64,000 bases of DNA, from assembly GCA_976226885.1 (NCBI GenBank), contig OZ320322.1, forward strand, positions 12,214,001-12,278,000. The letters are read 5' to 3'. The translations under genes were made by a program, and so were the position numbers. This document shows positions 12,205 through 25,362 of this stretch, one piece after another. The stretch comes from Iphione sp. A-MEVVRFRX5 (lineage: Eukaryota). Under the pieces are notes generated by a model that made no database searches, had not been told where the DNA came from, and saw only the letters and a list, made by a program, of their open reading frames with translations. Each line of letters starts with the position of its first letter. Position 1 is the first letter of the stretch.

Positions 12205-13694
12205 CACGGATGACCGGACAAATGCGCATACGAGTGTACTGAACACAAAAGACATGAGCCAGAAAGATTCACTTCACTTGGTCGCTGATCAGTAATCGAT
12301 ATGGACGCGGCCCTCAATGGACGCTGATAAGACGCTCCCGTTGACCGGCTCCGCCTGCCAGCGAAGCATCTCCCTCCCATCAAGGGTCTCCTATTTAGTG
12401 AGTTATATATAGAATAAGGGTAAAAAGAACGAGAATTCATCTCTTAAAATGAAGCTTAATATGAAAGCAACATCAGAACCAACTTCCACCCATGAGAAAA
12501 TATGGAATGACAAGCCTTCCATTAGACAACTGGAAGAACCGCGTGAGTTCCCACTCTAGAAGCAATTCCTGAACGTTTACTAAAAATCGGGGACTTGCAA
12601 GTGTCCTTTTTCCCCTACTGCTGCCCTTAGTGAACATTTAGTATTACAGTATACTGTATCTGCTTAGAAATCACAAAATCAAACAAAATGCCCAAAAGAC
12701 AATATGCAGCATAAGCTGGATTCCAGAGTACGAAGTAACCACGTGGGAACTATATTCTCGTGGCGCAAGGACATAAAGAGTGCGTGCATCGGTAGCGTGC
12801 CAGCTGTATTCATGGGAAAGAAACACTCGACGTAGGAGGCAGTTGGGTTGCACCATCGCACACAAAGCAACCCTGGCAAGAGTCTAGTGTTTACAGCGAC
12901 ATTCAGCCAGTAGTAGTCCCCTCATATAGTCAATGGACTTAGGGACAGATTGCTGTATTATTCAAGTTAAAGTACCTCTCTCAAGCAACAACCTCTCTTA
13001 ATGGTCATACATTGACTGGAACCAGGGATGACCGCTGGGGAGAGTGTCTACTGTGCATGGGGCAGTGACAAACCTATTATAGCCTAACTCTCCGGAGATT
13101 ATATTTGTACGTGCTAAGTGAAAGTACTGCTGTTATGTTAAGGGGTTTCAGACATGATCTTTATCATAATTTTATCCCTTAGATACGATCTCATTTATCT
13201 TGATTATCAGTACGATAAAAAAAACATGTATCTGGATCAGTTACTTTTGTCATTTACATCTCGCATTAACACATATCGTTTGTACAAAAATCTGGAAACC
13301 TATTACTTTTGTAAAGTATTTTTTACACTTCAGAAATAAATGAATCTCAATCTCTATACTCTTCCCTGTCTTTCCGGGAGGTACGCATGCCTCCATGTCC
13401 GGATATCTGTATAACGCTTTCATTATGCCCATCTGATGTGGCCAATGAGTGCAGCTAGGGATACAGGGTACACAGAGATAGGCCGTTGTAGAGTATGGTG
13501 GTTGGCGGGGAGGGGGTTACCGGGGCGGTGGGGGGGGGGAGGGAGAAGTGCTGAGTTGGTCCCAAGATTGCTTTTGGTTGATTGTATAAAAAGGCGGCAG
13601 CCAAGGGCCTAACATCAATACTATGGTTACTTGTTACCTTGTGAAGACTGGCGTAACAATATGCTTATTTCTTGTAGGAATCAAATCATGTACA

Positions 13695-13706
13695 GCTTAC
13701 CTGCAT
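13695..13706 (-). other. Candidate start-codon exon end (Met-Gln, phase 0) of an unidentified minus-strand gene
   Basis: The minus strand reads ccgccATG CAG|gtaagc (good Kozak context plus a consensus donor), about 0.7 kb from the CpG-rich patch at 14410-15210. No downstream exon was confirmed. Confidence 0.3.
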
Positions 13707-14191
13707 GGCGGATGGAGCGAAATGACCAGTCAGTTCAGCAGAAGCATAGACGCCCTCCCGAACCCAACCACCCGCCCACCAACCCAACACCCACCCACCC
13801 ACCCACCCAGATAAAAGCCTGCGTGCCAGCTGATTCCCCCGCACTATTGGCTCCTTGGCTCACAGCCCGACACAAGGTGGCAAACCCTTTTAACTGAGTC
13901 CCATACCCCCCTCCGCCCTGCATCAATTTCTACTTCCCACGACCCTTGCCCCTTTACAAATCGTTCACGAGAATCTCTTCTGAAGTCGGCTGTGATACAC
14001 CCACGAGGTCAGGGGTCATCAATGATGGTGCCCGACTACAGTGGTGTGCTATTTGATGTTGAAGCTTTGATCCTCCCTCTGCCCTTTGACCCTTGCGGAG
14101 GAGGTGGTGTGGTGTACCTCTGGTGGTGGTTGGGGGGGGGTTGCTGCTACCATCACAGACCTGTCAAACCCAATTGCGAGAAAGTCGTGTC

Positions 14192-14339
14192 NNNNNNNNN
14201 NNNNNNNNNNNNNNNNNNNNNNNNNNNNNNNNNNNNNNNNNNNNNNNNNNNNNNNNNNNNNNNNNNNNNNNNNNNNNNNNNNNNNNNNNNNNNNNNNNNN
14301 NNNNNNNNNNNNNNNNNNNNNNNNNNNNNNNNNNNNNNN
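14192..14339. other. Assembly gap (148 N)
   Basis: Run of n. Confidence 1.
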
Positions 14340-14409
14340 GGAAGAGAGAGGGGACAGGAAGACAGAGGGACAGACAGAGAGAGGGCGAGACACAGAGGGA
14401 GAGAAAGAG

Positions 14410-15210
14410 AGAAAAAAGCCGCATGCGCAGATCGATTCTCCATTGGCGCGCGGCTCATTGCCCGGAAATCGTCATAACACATGTTCCGTTCGTCCTCACT
14501 GCCTCCTCCTCCTCCCCCTCTTCCTCCCCACCCTAGTCTCCTCTCGGTCCCTCCCTCTGATCTCCATAGTTTGTGATGTCGTTCTGATGAGTATCGTCGA
14601 CTTACCCAGGCGCGGCGCGCTTGGCAGGGAACGGCTCAAAGTGACGTCATTTCCGTCGCGGGCCTGGCGCGCCACCAAGCGTGTGATTCATTTCGACATA
14701 TATTGAGCGCCATTCTTGTGAAAACGTCCCTACCACCCCTCTCCTCCTCTCTTTTTTTTCTCCAATTCCATTAGATTTGCAATCTTTCGGATGCCACTGG
14801 TCATTAGACTCCAGATAGAAATGAAGTTTTACAGTTTCTTTTTCGCCGGTTTTTTTTCCGTTTTGGTTTCCGTTTCAGTTTCGGAAGGGGAATTTGTTCA
14901 CATTTTGTTAATTGGTCGAGGCCGTCGTCGTGGTCACGTGATTGGCTCGGAACCAATCAGACTTTATGGGACGCATCGCCTGTCGATCCCACTGATACTG
15001 AGCTCATTATCGTTCCAACATGGCGAACTAAAAAAAACTAAAATAATAATAAAAAAACAAAGACAAAACGACCACAACGTAGGCGGCATGGGCTCTCCCT
15101 TTTTGACCGCTAGGAGGCGTGCCCAGCGCACATTGATCACATTATCAAAGACAGAAGGGATAAACGGACGAGCGGGAAATAAGATCAAAACGGATTACAG
15201 CTCCGGGTGA
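14410..15210. promoter_or_regulatory. CpG-rich promoter-like region, possibly bidirectional
   Basis: Contains an NRF1-type CGCATGCGCA (14420), CCAAT/ATTGG boxes, ETS-type CCGGAAA/TTTCCG, a CRE (TGACGTCA, ~14642), an E-box CACGTG, a YY1-like AACATGGCG, and a donor-like CGG|GTGAGC at 15206/7. Confidence 0.55.
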
Positions 15211-15880
15211 GCGATAATGGGTGTCGGTAGAGGAAGCCGCGTGTAGGAGGGCGCCCTGGACGTACGGGATTGGGGAGGAAGGATGCGACCACATTGTGTG
15301 TGTGTGAGAGAGGGTGTACCGAGGATTGGAGGGAGGGGCGGCCGGAGGGGAGTGCCTCTTACTATGAACGGGATGCACCCTCAGGTACTAAAAGTGGGGT
15401 ACGTGACAGAGACTTGTTTGTCAATACGTATCTCCCATAACGACGCCACGTCCTCTGCTCCAATAAACGATCGAAGATCATCCCGTAAGAAACCTTGACC
15501 GGTGGCGCCGCCCTTACGGGTGCTCGCCACGACTATAAAGGGACGTATCTTGTTTCACTTGGACAAGGGTTCGATATAATGAGTAAATCGTACACCAAGA
15601 ACAAAATAGCCATGTATCCACTGATTTGTTCACTTCCCCGTGTAGTCGATCATACACTCTAAGAGACGGATGTTCGAGTACAGTATTACACGGCTGGGTA
15701 AATAACACACTACATAATGATTAACAGTATAAGGACAGCTGTTTAGGTTTAAATCCTGTAAAATATCACACGGAGACTACTATGAAATAACAGTATTACA
15801 CTTGCAGTGTGGATGGCTGGTATAACTTTATTATGAGTATTTCGTTATGTTTGAAGGGAGCATTTTAGACCCCGAGAATA

Positions 15881-16039
15881 CAGGCCCGTAGCCAAGGGGG
15901 CATCGGGGGTATCGTCCGATACCCCCCAAAGCCACTAAAGCCTGTTTGCCTCTATACAGAGGGAAAAAATTAGTTCCACCTCTGTTGTATTGGGGGTATC
16001 TTCCGATACCCCCCAAAAATGTTCCTGGCTACGGGCCTG
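15881..16039. mobile_element. 159-bp MITE, TIR CAGGCCCGTAGCCA, apparent 5-bp TSD GAATA
   Basis: 14-bp perfect TIRs; GAATA lies immediately on both sides (15876-15880 and 16040-16044). Two internal GGGGGTATC..GATACCCCC palindromes. Confidence 0.85.
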
Positions 16040-16044
16040 GAATA

Positions 16045-17644
16045 TCATATCATTCAAAGGCAAAATCACAAAAAAAAAATATCCGATCACGGATTGCCTG
16101 CACCAGTTTCTATCAATGATCCTAGTTTCACCGAAAAATTAGAGACCTTTAAACCGACAAAGAGTGAAGTTGAGAGATGTGTTGCACTAATCAATGTTAA
16201 GAAGAAATCCCATGTAGGTGAAGTTTACACTACACTCATTAAGGACTTCCTTCTTCGAAACCTAGACACCTGGCACTGGTAGATCATGGTTTGCTTCCGT
16301 CAATGCATAATGCCCTCAGACTGGAAATTGGCCAAAGTCGTACCGATATACAAGGGAGGCAGCAAAAAGGATATTGGTAATTACAGACCAATAAGTCTCC
16401 TTAATGTTTTCTCTAAAATCATAGAACGAATTGTACACAAAGCAATCCTAGACCACCTGGATAGAACTGATTCCATCTCTGACGAGCAACATGGTTTCCG
16501 TCCATCGCGGTCCACCGAGTCTGCCATAGCCAGAGTCACAAACTCCATCCACAGGGGATTAAATGAGGGGCTGATAACCATGGGAATATTCATTGACTTC
16601 AAGAAAGCATTCGACTCGGTGGACCACGATATCTTACTACGCAAACTTGTTTCCGTCGGAATACAAGGTGATTGCCTTAGCTGGTTGAAACATTACCTCT
16701 CAGGAAGACAACAATACTTTTACTGTAATGGTAAAAAATCAAGAAATACTCAAATCACATGTGGAGTGCCTCAGGGGTCCATTCTTGGACCCCTCTTGTT
16801 CCTTGTATTAATAAATGACTTACCGAGTCACCTACATGAATGTGAATGCACTCTATATGCAGACGACGTGGCGATTTTTGTAAAGGGAACCTCCCATGAG
16901 CAGATATTAGAACGAATCAACCAAATTGGAGAAGAGGTACGGTCATGGTGTAATAACGCGAAGCTCCTCTTGAATTATGAAAAAACTAAGTGTGTTATCT
17001 TCTCATACAGGAACAAAAGTGAAAATGCACAAAAGTTTATTAAATTTGGGCAGAGGGACATTGAAATTACACCAGACTACAAATATCTAGGTATTTATCT
17101 GGATCGAAAATTGAGCATGAGTGCCACTCATTTGCACTTGATACAGAAACTAAGATGCAAGATGATCTACTTCAAAAAAATCCGTCCATTACTGACTCGT
17201 TCTATAGCATCTCAACTGCTCGAAACATGGATCCTCCCAATTACCGAATATGCTATTATCATTCACACAATAACAAATTCTGGAACCTTCATACGACTAA
17301 TGAGAATGCGCAGGGCATTAGTAAATATAGCAGCAGGCTATAAAATGTATAGTCTACTCGATATTGTAAACCAATCTATCCAGCTTAGGGATAGAAGACT
17401 TCTGGCAGTGAGTTATAACACTGCCGTAGTACCTGAATCTGTCAGGACCACAGGAGCGTCCCTGAGAAAGGGAGTTACCGTACAAATGCCAAGAAGGGAA
17501 GGGTACAAGTACTCTATAGAATATTGTTGTAGACAGGTGTGGCTACGTCAAAAAAAGGATTTAACTGTCCTTGACTGGAAAGGATTCAAAAGCCACCTCA
17601 CATGCTTAGGAAGACGCTACAAGCTGTTGTATAAGGTAGGGTAG
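16045..17644 (+). pseudogene. LINE reverse transcriptase (endonuclease missing), one in-frame TAG at 16280-16282
   Basis: WKLAKVVPIYKGG, NYRPISLL, QHGFRP, DFKKAFDSV, GVPQGSILGPLLF, intact YADD, YKYLGIYLD. The track ORFs 16019-16282 and 16286-17644 share one frame. Confidence 0.93.
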
Positions 17645-18329
17645 CTGGGTACCTCGTAAACACTACGCACATGGAACCTTGTTGCTGTGCACCATAGAGA
17701 GAAGTCTTATACAAATCTAAGTAGTGTATTACACTCGTCTAGGTGAACACATGGGGCTCTGCTGCTGTGTTGAATGTAACTTGTAATTGAAACTTACCAT
17801 TGTATATCTAATTTCCAACTTCCAAACTGCGCCTGGAGCCCTGCCCCGGTGCAACACCCGCTCTCCCTACTAAACACATCACCCCCTACCCCCCCCCATA
17901 AGCCAATGTCTATTGTTGAAATGATGCATGGGGCCTCGCTGCTGCATCTGTATCCGTATAATACCACTCTCTCTACAGATAAACAAGTTTTAAACACAGA
18001 AAATAACTTACTAGGTCTGGGCACATGGAGTTCTACTGCTGTGCTGCTACTACTGACAACCATGTTACTGCCAAAATGGACATAGATCTAGTGAATTATA
18101 GTAACACTTCGTTGTCCTACTTTGAATAACCTACCCTGCTACTATTGTATAACTAACTACAAAAATTACAACAATCTGTACTCTAAGGCAAGCCAATGAC
18201 ATCATTTTCATCACCCCCTAACCCATCTAATGGGTAGTTATCATCTTCCTGTGTAAATAAGTTGGAAACATGGATTCTCATACATGTTTGTATTAATACT
18301 CCAGGGAAAATAAAGTGTTCAAAAAAAAA
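16045..18329 (+). mobile_element. 5'-truncated LINE (CR1/L2-like group) of a different family from the element at 1-6234
   Basis: RT ORF followed by a ~680-bp 3' UTR, AATAAA at 18309-18314 and an A9 tail at 18321-18329. The 5' boundary is approximate. Confidence 0.85.
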
Positions 18330-19902
18330 CAACTAGTAGAAGGTAACGGTTTGGGTAGCATCTTCAGTTAATTTTCAGTTTCAAATCTAAGAATTTCTCC
18401 ACGCTGTGCATGCATTGTGCGGTTCCAGTGTGACTCTGCCTTGATCCATATAGACACAGTTATTAGGGTAGACAAAATCTCACAGTGCTTACCTAAATAT
18501 AAGAATATTCGTCATGTATCAAGGCCATGTTCTTAACTTACGCACCGTGGGAAGTTTATTATTAAATTGGTATGTACTAGAATGCGTACTTATTCTATTA
18601 TAAATGACAGTTTTGGAAAGGTAGTCTTTCTGGAAAGTCGTGCTTATGAACAGATTGTTTAATCATCCGATGACAGAAACCTTTACGGATATCTTTAATT
18701 AAATGAGAATATAATTGTTTTTATCACTTTATGCATAGGAAAATGCCATGTGCGCCATACCATCCTGGGTAGATTGCAATGTGTACAGTTAAACTTCAGA
18801 ACTGAAAATATCCTTGGTTCCCCGTGAAAGCTATTATCTGTGTCGACATTCAAGACTCAATACAGAATTATCAATTATCAATTATCTAAGTACGTGTATC
18901 CCCATTGATGGGTTGTCCCCAGTTCTGAGAGGTAAACGTACGGTAAATTACATCAGTGGTTCCAACAACACTTGTCCCGATCAAAGAAGTGGCCCTCGTT
19001 CTGGCCCATATCGAGGCTCTATTGTACTTGATTAGCGTGTAGATTGCGTGTCGAAAAGACGTTTTGTCACCAAACGCCACAAGTACGAACGAAAAGATCG
19101 TGTAGTTGAACTGTCTCTGATGGCAATCTTGGCAAAATCAGCCCTTAATTGATGAGTTAAACCAAACAGTACTGCATGCCGCTTCTTCTAAGATCTCTTG
19201 AGAACCGCAGCGTGTTAAAACCTTACTGAGAACGACACGAAGCGTCACGCAGGCATCGATTATCAGTTTCTACGGAGGACCAGTCTAGCGAGCTCTGCGT
19301 AAAGGATCACCACAGAATTCACGGAGGGGCAGAGGCATCGCGTGATCTCGGAGAGAAGCAATATTGGCCACAAACACACAGGGCCCTCTAACCGTAATTC
19401 GGGGTAGAAAATATCCTTTCCCAGTAGCCTGAGCGCAACCTCAGTGCTACGTGCACAGTCACCTTCGGCTTAGAAGACCACTAGTGTGACTGGAGAACTG
19501 TAGTACCTGTTGAAGTCTAGTTTCTTTTGTGGTCTTTCATTATAAACAAATGTATACTTTGGGTTTGATCCAAATTTGGTCTCTCCTGTGGTCTGGTCTG
19601 TTCTGTAATCTTGTCTTTAACTGGTAGTTAACTGTACCTAATGATATAAAATTACCAGCTGTAGCAATATTTACTCCTTCGGAGCAATTGTTCATGCAGA
19701 CCAGTAGGTATTTGCACTAGCTAAACATTATAATAAACCATATAAAAATTTGTTTCTTGACAGTGGCCATAAAGTATTTAATGAGCTGGAACCAAACAGA
19801 CAGCACTGTTTTGAAGCTGTAGATAGCTATTGTAATTGTGTGATTCGAATGAACATTCAAATATAACGTGCAAAGGGCTCCTTTGTGTTTGGTCCGTACT
19901 TG

Positions 19903-19923
19903 TTGTGACATTATTATTATTAC

Positions 19924-19968
<45 letters not shown>
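19903..19968. repeat. (ATT)n microsatellite
   Basis: Direct reading. Confidence 0.95.
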
Positions 19969-19969
<1 letters not shown>

Positions 19970-21667
19970 AGCTTTCAAGTCATGTTACATGTGTCTAAGT
20001 AGGCCAAAGGCACTATACATTAAACGATCGTATTAGCTGCTCATGATACTTGGAGTGTTTGTTTTCTTGGAATGTCTTGCAGCATTAAGTTAGCGCCTTC
20101 ATGGATGCAAGGAAGTTAGCATTATACCATTAGATGTCAGACCAGCACAGTAATCGGATTTATTTTATATCAGAAGCAATTTTTGCACTACACCGGTTGG
20201 TTTTTTTCAGTGTGAGGAAAAACATCCTTCTATGATGCCATTACTAGACAATTTCTGTTAACTTATATTACTTCACCAAATTGAATAAGTTGGGCAGGAT
20301 ATATAACTTTTTTTTGCATTTTTTTTTATTTCTGTGACAAAGTAGCTGGTAGTGGTAAATTGTTGTAATACTTGCATATACCACATCAAAGAAACATATA
20401 AAATCAATACATATATTACTCAAATCACATTTGTGTGTGAACTCCAAAGTCCTATGTATGGTATATAGACAAGATGCAAACCAGTTTTATCTGCCACTAT
20501 GACCATACGAAATGACACTGAGAAGAAATTTCTGTAGAGCCTACATTTTCAGTTTTCCTTACTTGTCTAGTGTTTTTACTGTCTCTTCCTTCGTCCACGA
20601 GCATCTGTCTCTACACACCTCGTACAACTCCTACTTGTATACATTCCTACGGTAGGGCTATAGACACTGTAGCTGGCCCTAATCCCTACCGTTGTAGGGT
20701 ATAGCGTACAGCAGCTGACTCGGAATGCGTCCTTCACTTACATAAACCATGATAACGTAGGAAGATTGTTTAAAAGGGGGGGGGGCGCCAGTTCAAATAT
20801 ACCAGTTCTGGACAATGTTTTTTGGTGGATTATACGAAAATGGAATCTATATTAAGTGCGTGACTGAGAGGCGTTTGCTGTGAGATGTAAAAGTATCACT
20901 TATAAACGATCTCGACAGATCTTATATCACTCACTTCCAGAGCTCCACTTGGTCACGCTATTAGATCCATTCATAATGAATGTCAGCACTTAAGCACATC
21001 CTCTCAGCTCACTGGACTGACGCTAACCATACAGCACTGCGGGGTGGCGTGAAGTGTTTGGGGGGGGGGTCGGAGTGTTTCTGACCAGAGAGGGAGAGAA
21101 GGAAGGTTTGTGTTGAGGTGGGGGAGGGCGGGGAGGTGTTCAGACACGTCAGTCTATGACCGCCAAAACCAGCGGGAAACTGTTGGCTGGAATGTTTTAT
21201 ATTGCTTCTATATTGGAGCAGGTTTTGTCGTAGTTACTCTTTCCGAGCAACTCGGCTTGGTGAGTCGTGTATGACCTTTGAAAAGCTCACGTCCAAAGCA
21301 CTTAGTCCGGGGGATCGAGAACTGGGTAGGTTATGTGTGTTTGTTAATGGAACTGCATGAAGAAACCGGCTTTAGTACATCCGTATATATGGTCGGGACG
21401 GATGATACGAAAAACTGAATAAAAATGTGGACATTTCATTAGATTATATTCACTCATTGGTCGCCTGATAAACCCATATACCTCTCTTAACGAAGTAGGT
21501 GTTTTCAAAGATATCACTTCATCATCAGACACTTAGTTCACCTAAGCATGATATATTCCCCTGGGGACCCTCATATTGAATCTTCAGTGACTATGTATCA
21601 TACAGTAGACTGTTACCCTGCTACAGAGAGGGCTCGTTCTCAGAGGATTCGTTTAAAGAAAGGAACA

Positions 21668-21829
21668 CAGTGGATTCTCACCTAAAGACCAGATCGCAGG
21701 GGATACCACTAAATCAAAGTCCCAAACAGAATATTTCCTATATAAAAAGGGAACTTAGGGGAGACCAGATCACAGGGGAGATCTTATTCCTTCAGGCCCA
21801 GAGGTGGTCTCCTTAGTAGGAGTTGACTG
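21668..21829. mobile_element. Degenerate Tc1/pogo-type MITE
   Basis: Left end CAGTGGATTCTCACCTAAAGACCA resembles the reverse complement of the right end, (TA)CAGTCAACTCCTACTAAGGAGACCA. TA follows the right end. Internal direct repeat GACCAGATC(G/A)CAGGGGA. Confidence 0.45.
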
Positions 21830-24800
21830 TACTTGTTAGCAGGCCTGTGGATATGAGGTAGGATCTAATATGTATGTATAATGGGGCTTAAGATTTTCTT
21901 TCACTTGAAGGTTGAATTTCCAATGGTAGATGCATAATTCATGTTAAAGCTTCATTACCCCTGTGCTCACCGGGGACCTAATGATTAATTGAGGGAAATG
22001 TGTTGTGATTACCTTTTCCACTCCGAAAGATCTACATTGAAGCGATGGTCATTCGAAGAGGCACGTGAAGCAGAATTTGTTTTTAGCCGTAGCCATCGTT
22101 CGTTTTACACGGCGTCATTGAAACCATGTTTATCTACAACAAGGACACCAGACAAGTAGACAGGGGACCAGACCAGAAGTGTCCTGGTCCCCTCACTTGA
22201 CGTGTCATGGGAAATTGGTTTTCCTTCTTGCGAGTGCGCATGTCAGAACAGCCCGGCGTGGGATGTCACTTCTCCTTTCATACCTCGCCACACGGGGGCG
22301 TTGGCGGCGACAGGGCGCTTTGTTCCGGTGAAAAGCTATATCATTAGGCCTTGCCAACAGGGTGTGTGCGATCGGCCCGCTTAACAAACCGGCCCTTTGT
22401 GTGGGGACTTCTTGGCTAGGATCCGCTCCCATAATACAACCACACAGCGCTAGATATATATGCCAGTCTAAGCATTTTTTTTCATCATCCCCCTCCACCC
22501 CCCACCCCTTGTCACTGCTATTCCCAAGCGTAGAATGTATCCATTATTTACAGTGGTCATGTGAATAATATGCTATTTGTTGCCGCTGAATCGTGAAAAA
22601 AATAGAGACGTGTCTGTCTGCCTGCCTGTCTGTGAATCCTGTACCTTTTTATTACCACTTGTGTAAGCCTTTCATTCGTACAACTTATTCCTCATTTAAT
22701 TACATAGATGTCTAACCATAGATGTCTAACCACATACCCTGATGCTGAGATGCCATGAAATACAGCCCCCCTACAGTCAGCGCTTCAAGTCTGTTGGTTC
22801 TAAGAGTGTGGAGTCAACAACTAAACACGGACGTAGAACCATGGCTTCAACGGATGGTGATTTGCTGTGATCTGTCACGTCTGTTTATCCCGACGAATAG
22901 GAAGAGTAGGGCTGTCATGGCCGGCCATATGTTAGAACAACAAGTTTACATGGACATAAAGGTAGTACAAGCAGATACAGATATTCAAAGCTAATTTACC
23001 TTGGATTATTATACATGCACATGGAACATAGGTACTGTTAAGCAACGTTTTGATTTTAAACATATTATGCAAGTAAGCAAAATATTACGGACTTCGACGC
23101 CATCATTAAAATTACCAATGCTTTAAGTATTCATGCTTTACGCATGTTGGTCTCACCAAAGGCATTCAGAGAAGAAGCACAGAAACACCAGGTTCAGTAA
23201 GGTAAACAGCATTTTGTCCAACTCCACCACAGCCCAGTGGGAGACCAAGCTTAGGTAAACGCCTCATGAAGTGGTGCCAGCCACGGTTCAAGGAACATAA
23301 AAAGTGTAAAGGGATGATATTCTGCTCATTACAAATTCAGCTTTATCAAGAGAAACATCATTGGAAGTCTAATGTTTAAATATAATGACATGGTGTCTGC
23401 CACAAGTCTGCCACTTGTGATGGATGCTACCTTAAAGCTGGATCTGAAATGTTTCATGCATAACTGCCTACCCATGGTGAGTCACATGCCCCCACTGGTG
23501 CTGCGCAACCCAAGGTATGTTCCCATGGTTATCAGCATATATTGTTGATTTACCAGAATTGGAGTAACTTTCCACTCATTGTCAAACCTGGGATGATATT
23601 GACCTTGTGTAATGCCTTAAGGTGGGCAGTGGGGGAGTGGCTTTCAAGGTTTCAACGACTGTGGCTCCTCAGGCACAAACCTTCGTTTATAGTCCAAATC
23701 AAATTGCCTCGTTCAAAAATAAGCCTAATGTTTAATACTGTTTCACTGTGCATTTCTCTTACTACATTTACATGTCACTCCTTGAGAAGCTCGTTACTCT
23801 AGTACACTCACAATTTCAATCAAGTTCACTTGGTGCAGAATAAAACCATTTACCGTTAAGGAACCTTCACTATTCAATTACCCTCAGTATACCAGACATT
23901 TGGTATGAAGCAGTGTTGCAATAGCGATGTTTTACTGTATACCACTTAGATCACGTCACATACAATTGCAATTCAGAATTTATGCCAGTCATTGGATTAT
24001 AATGAAAGTTGTTGGCTTATAATGAAGTCTGTCAGTGTAAATTTTGAAGAACGTGTTAGTAACTAAAAGATACTTTGGAGGATATATATCACAGTCGATG
24101 TAAATGCAAACTTAGTCGGCTTAGTCGTAAGCTATTCATTTTAGAAAAAATATATGCACACTTAAATTCGCGAAAAAGATGTTTGAATCTGTTTTAATGT
24201 GCTTTTATCGAGATACCTCTGGCTTCTAAGGATGCTCTTTTTATTACAATCCTGACTCAAAAGTAGGATTTCGTTGCATCACTTTTTCAGTACAATGAAA
24301 CGGTGTTAACGAGAAAACTTTTTTTGACAATACCAGCAGGCTACTTTCACTGTACGTTTCTAGCAAATAAAAAGAGTAGTCATGTAGTACGTATCTTCTT
24401 CTTGCATGTTTTACACTTAGAGTGAACCGGATATACCCATGTGGATTTGTTGTTATTTTACTACGTGAATTTTACTCTGACACAATCAGGCTTACTAGAC
24501 ACTATAGATCCTCATACAAGGCTAAAATAATTTGGCAGGGCTGAATGAATTCTTTATAAAACCTTCATTGACTTCCAAATGAATTAGGCACAAATTGATG
24601 CATCCAACTGTAACATGTGCCTGGTCTCTGAGGAGAATGCTGTGATCTTCTGGTGAATGAACATTCTACTCAGAATATCTAGTTCACTCCAAATGCAGGG
24701 CATCTGCTGGATGTAACTCCCTTCAGTTGCCGTGAGAAAATAACTTTTTTCTTCAGGAAAACATGGCCCATTTATGCAAAGTCTGGCTCTAAACGTAGCC

Positions 24801-25059
24801 ACAAGTTTGCATAATAAAAGTTACTATTAGAATGAAAATTGCATAAGACTAATAATGAATTGGAATGAGAAAATTAGAACATGAATCAGAAGACACATGT
24901 TTTGCACAGTAACACATATCCAAAAAAATTGGAATTGTGCTCTGCCCGTAGACTTGACCCTACTACAGAACTTTTATACAAGGCAAACAGGACTGCCCTA
25001 TTGCTAGGAGGCACAGGTAACAGGTTTTTTTTGTTTTTTCATTATATCTTTACCCAGGA

Positions 25060-25362
25060 ACTAGATACTCAGCTTTTTAGCTTCTCTTCCATATCCTCCT
25101 GGGATAGCATTCTAATATCTAATAGAGAGACCAGAGTACCTGTGTTTTCCCCTAGTCTTATCTTGATTAGATTTCTGGGGTCTTTTTGTATATAGTTGGG
25201 ACAGAATTCTATATACCCAGGGCCTTTTTGGTGACATGTTGAACTACTCTTGGTTGGGGCTACACAAAATCTGTCTGGTCATGATCAAGAGTACCAGGCC
25301 CAGGATTGAACCTGTGACCTCTCAATCAGTGGACCAGGACACTCTTACTAACTCAGCTAAGT
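25060..25362 (-). mobile_element. tRNA-derived SINE, copy 1
   Basis: The minus strand has an A box (TAGCTGAGTTAG, 25348-25359) and a B box (GGTTCAATCC, 25303-25312). The body at 25177-25230 matches the copy at ~30.9-31.0 kb. The 3' end is approximate. Confidence 0.65.

Noticed and set aside
11730-12255. S/L/P-rich ORFs here and at 31.6-32.2, 55.8-56.2 and 58.0-58.3 kb
   Set aside because: Products of GA/CT low-complexity tracts.
12908-13052. Possible pogo-type MITE (CAGTAG.. ends)
   Set aside because: The terminal match is too weak and there is no clear TA duplication.
13992-14706. ORFs spanning the N run
   Set aside because: They are open only because N codons contain no stops.
22162-22193. 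10-bp perfect inverted repeat AGGGGACCAG/CTGGTCCCCT
   Set aside because: An isolated hairpin with no copies or context; plausible by chance in 64 kb.
23300-23800. Fragments resembling a LINE zinc-binding tail or a YAD motif
   Set aside because: No coherent motif order in any frame; the similarity is not supportable by eye.
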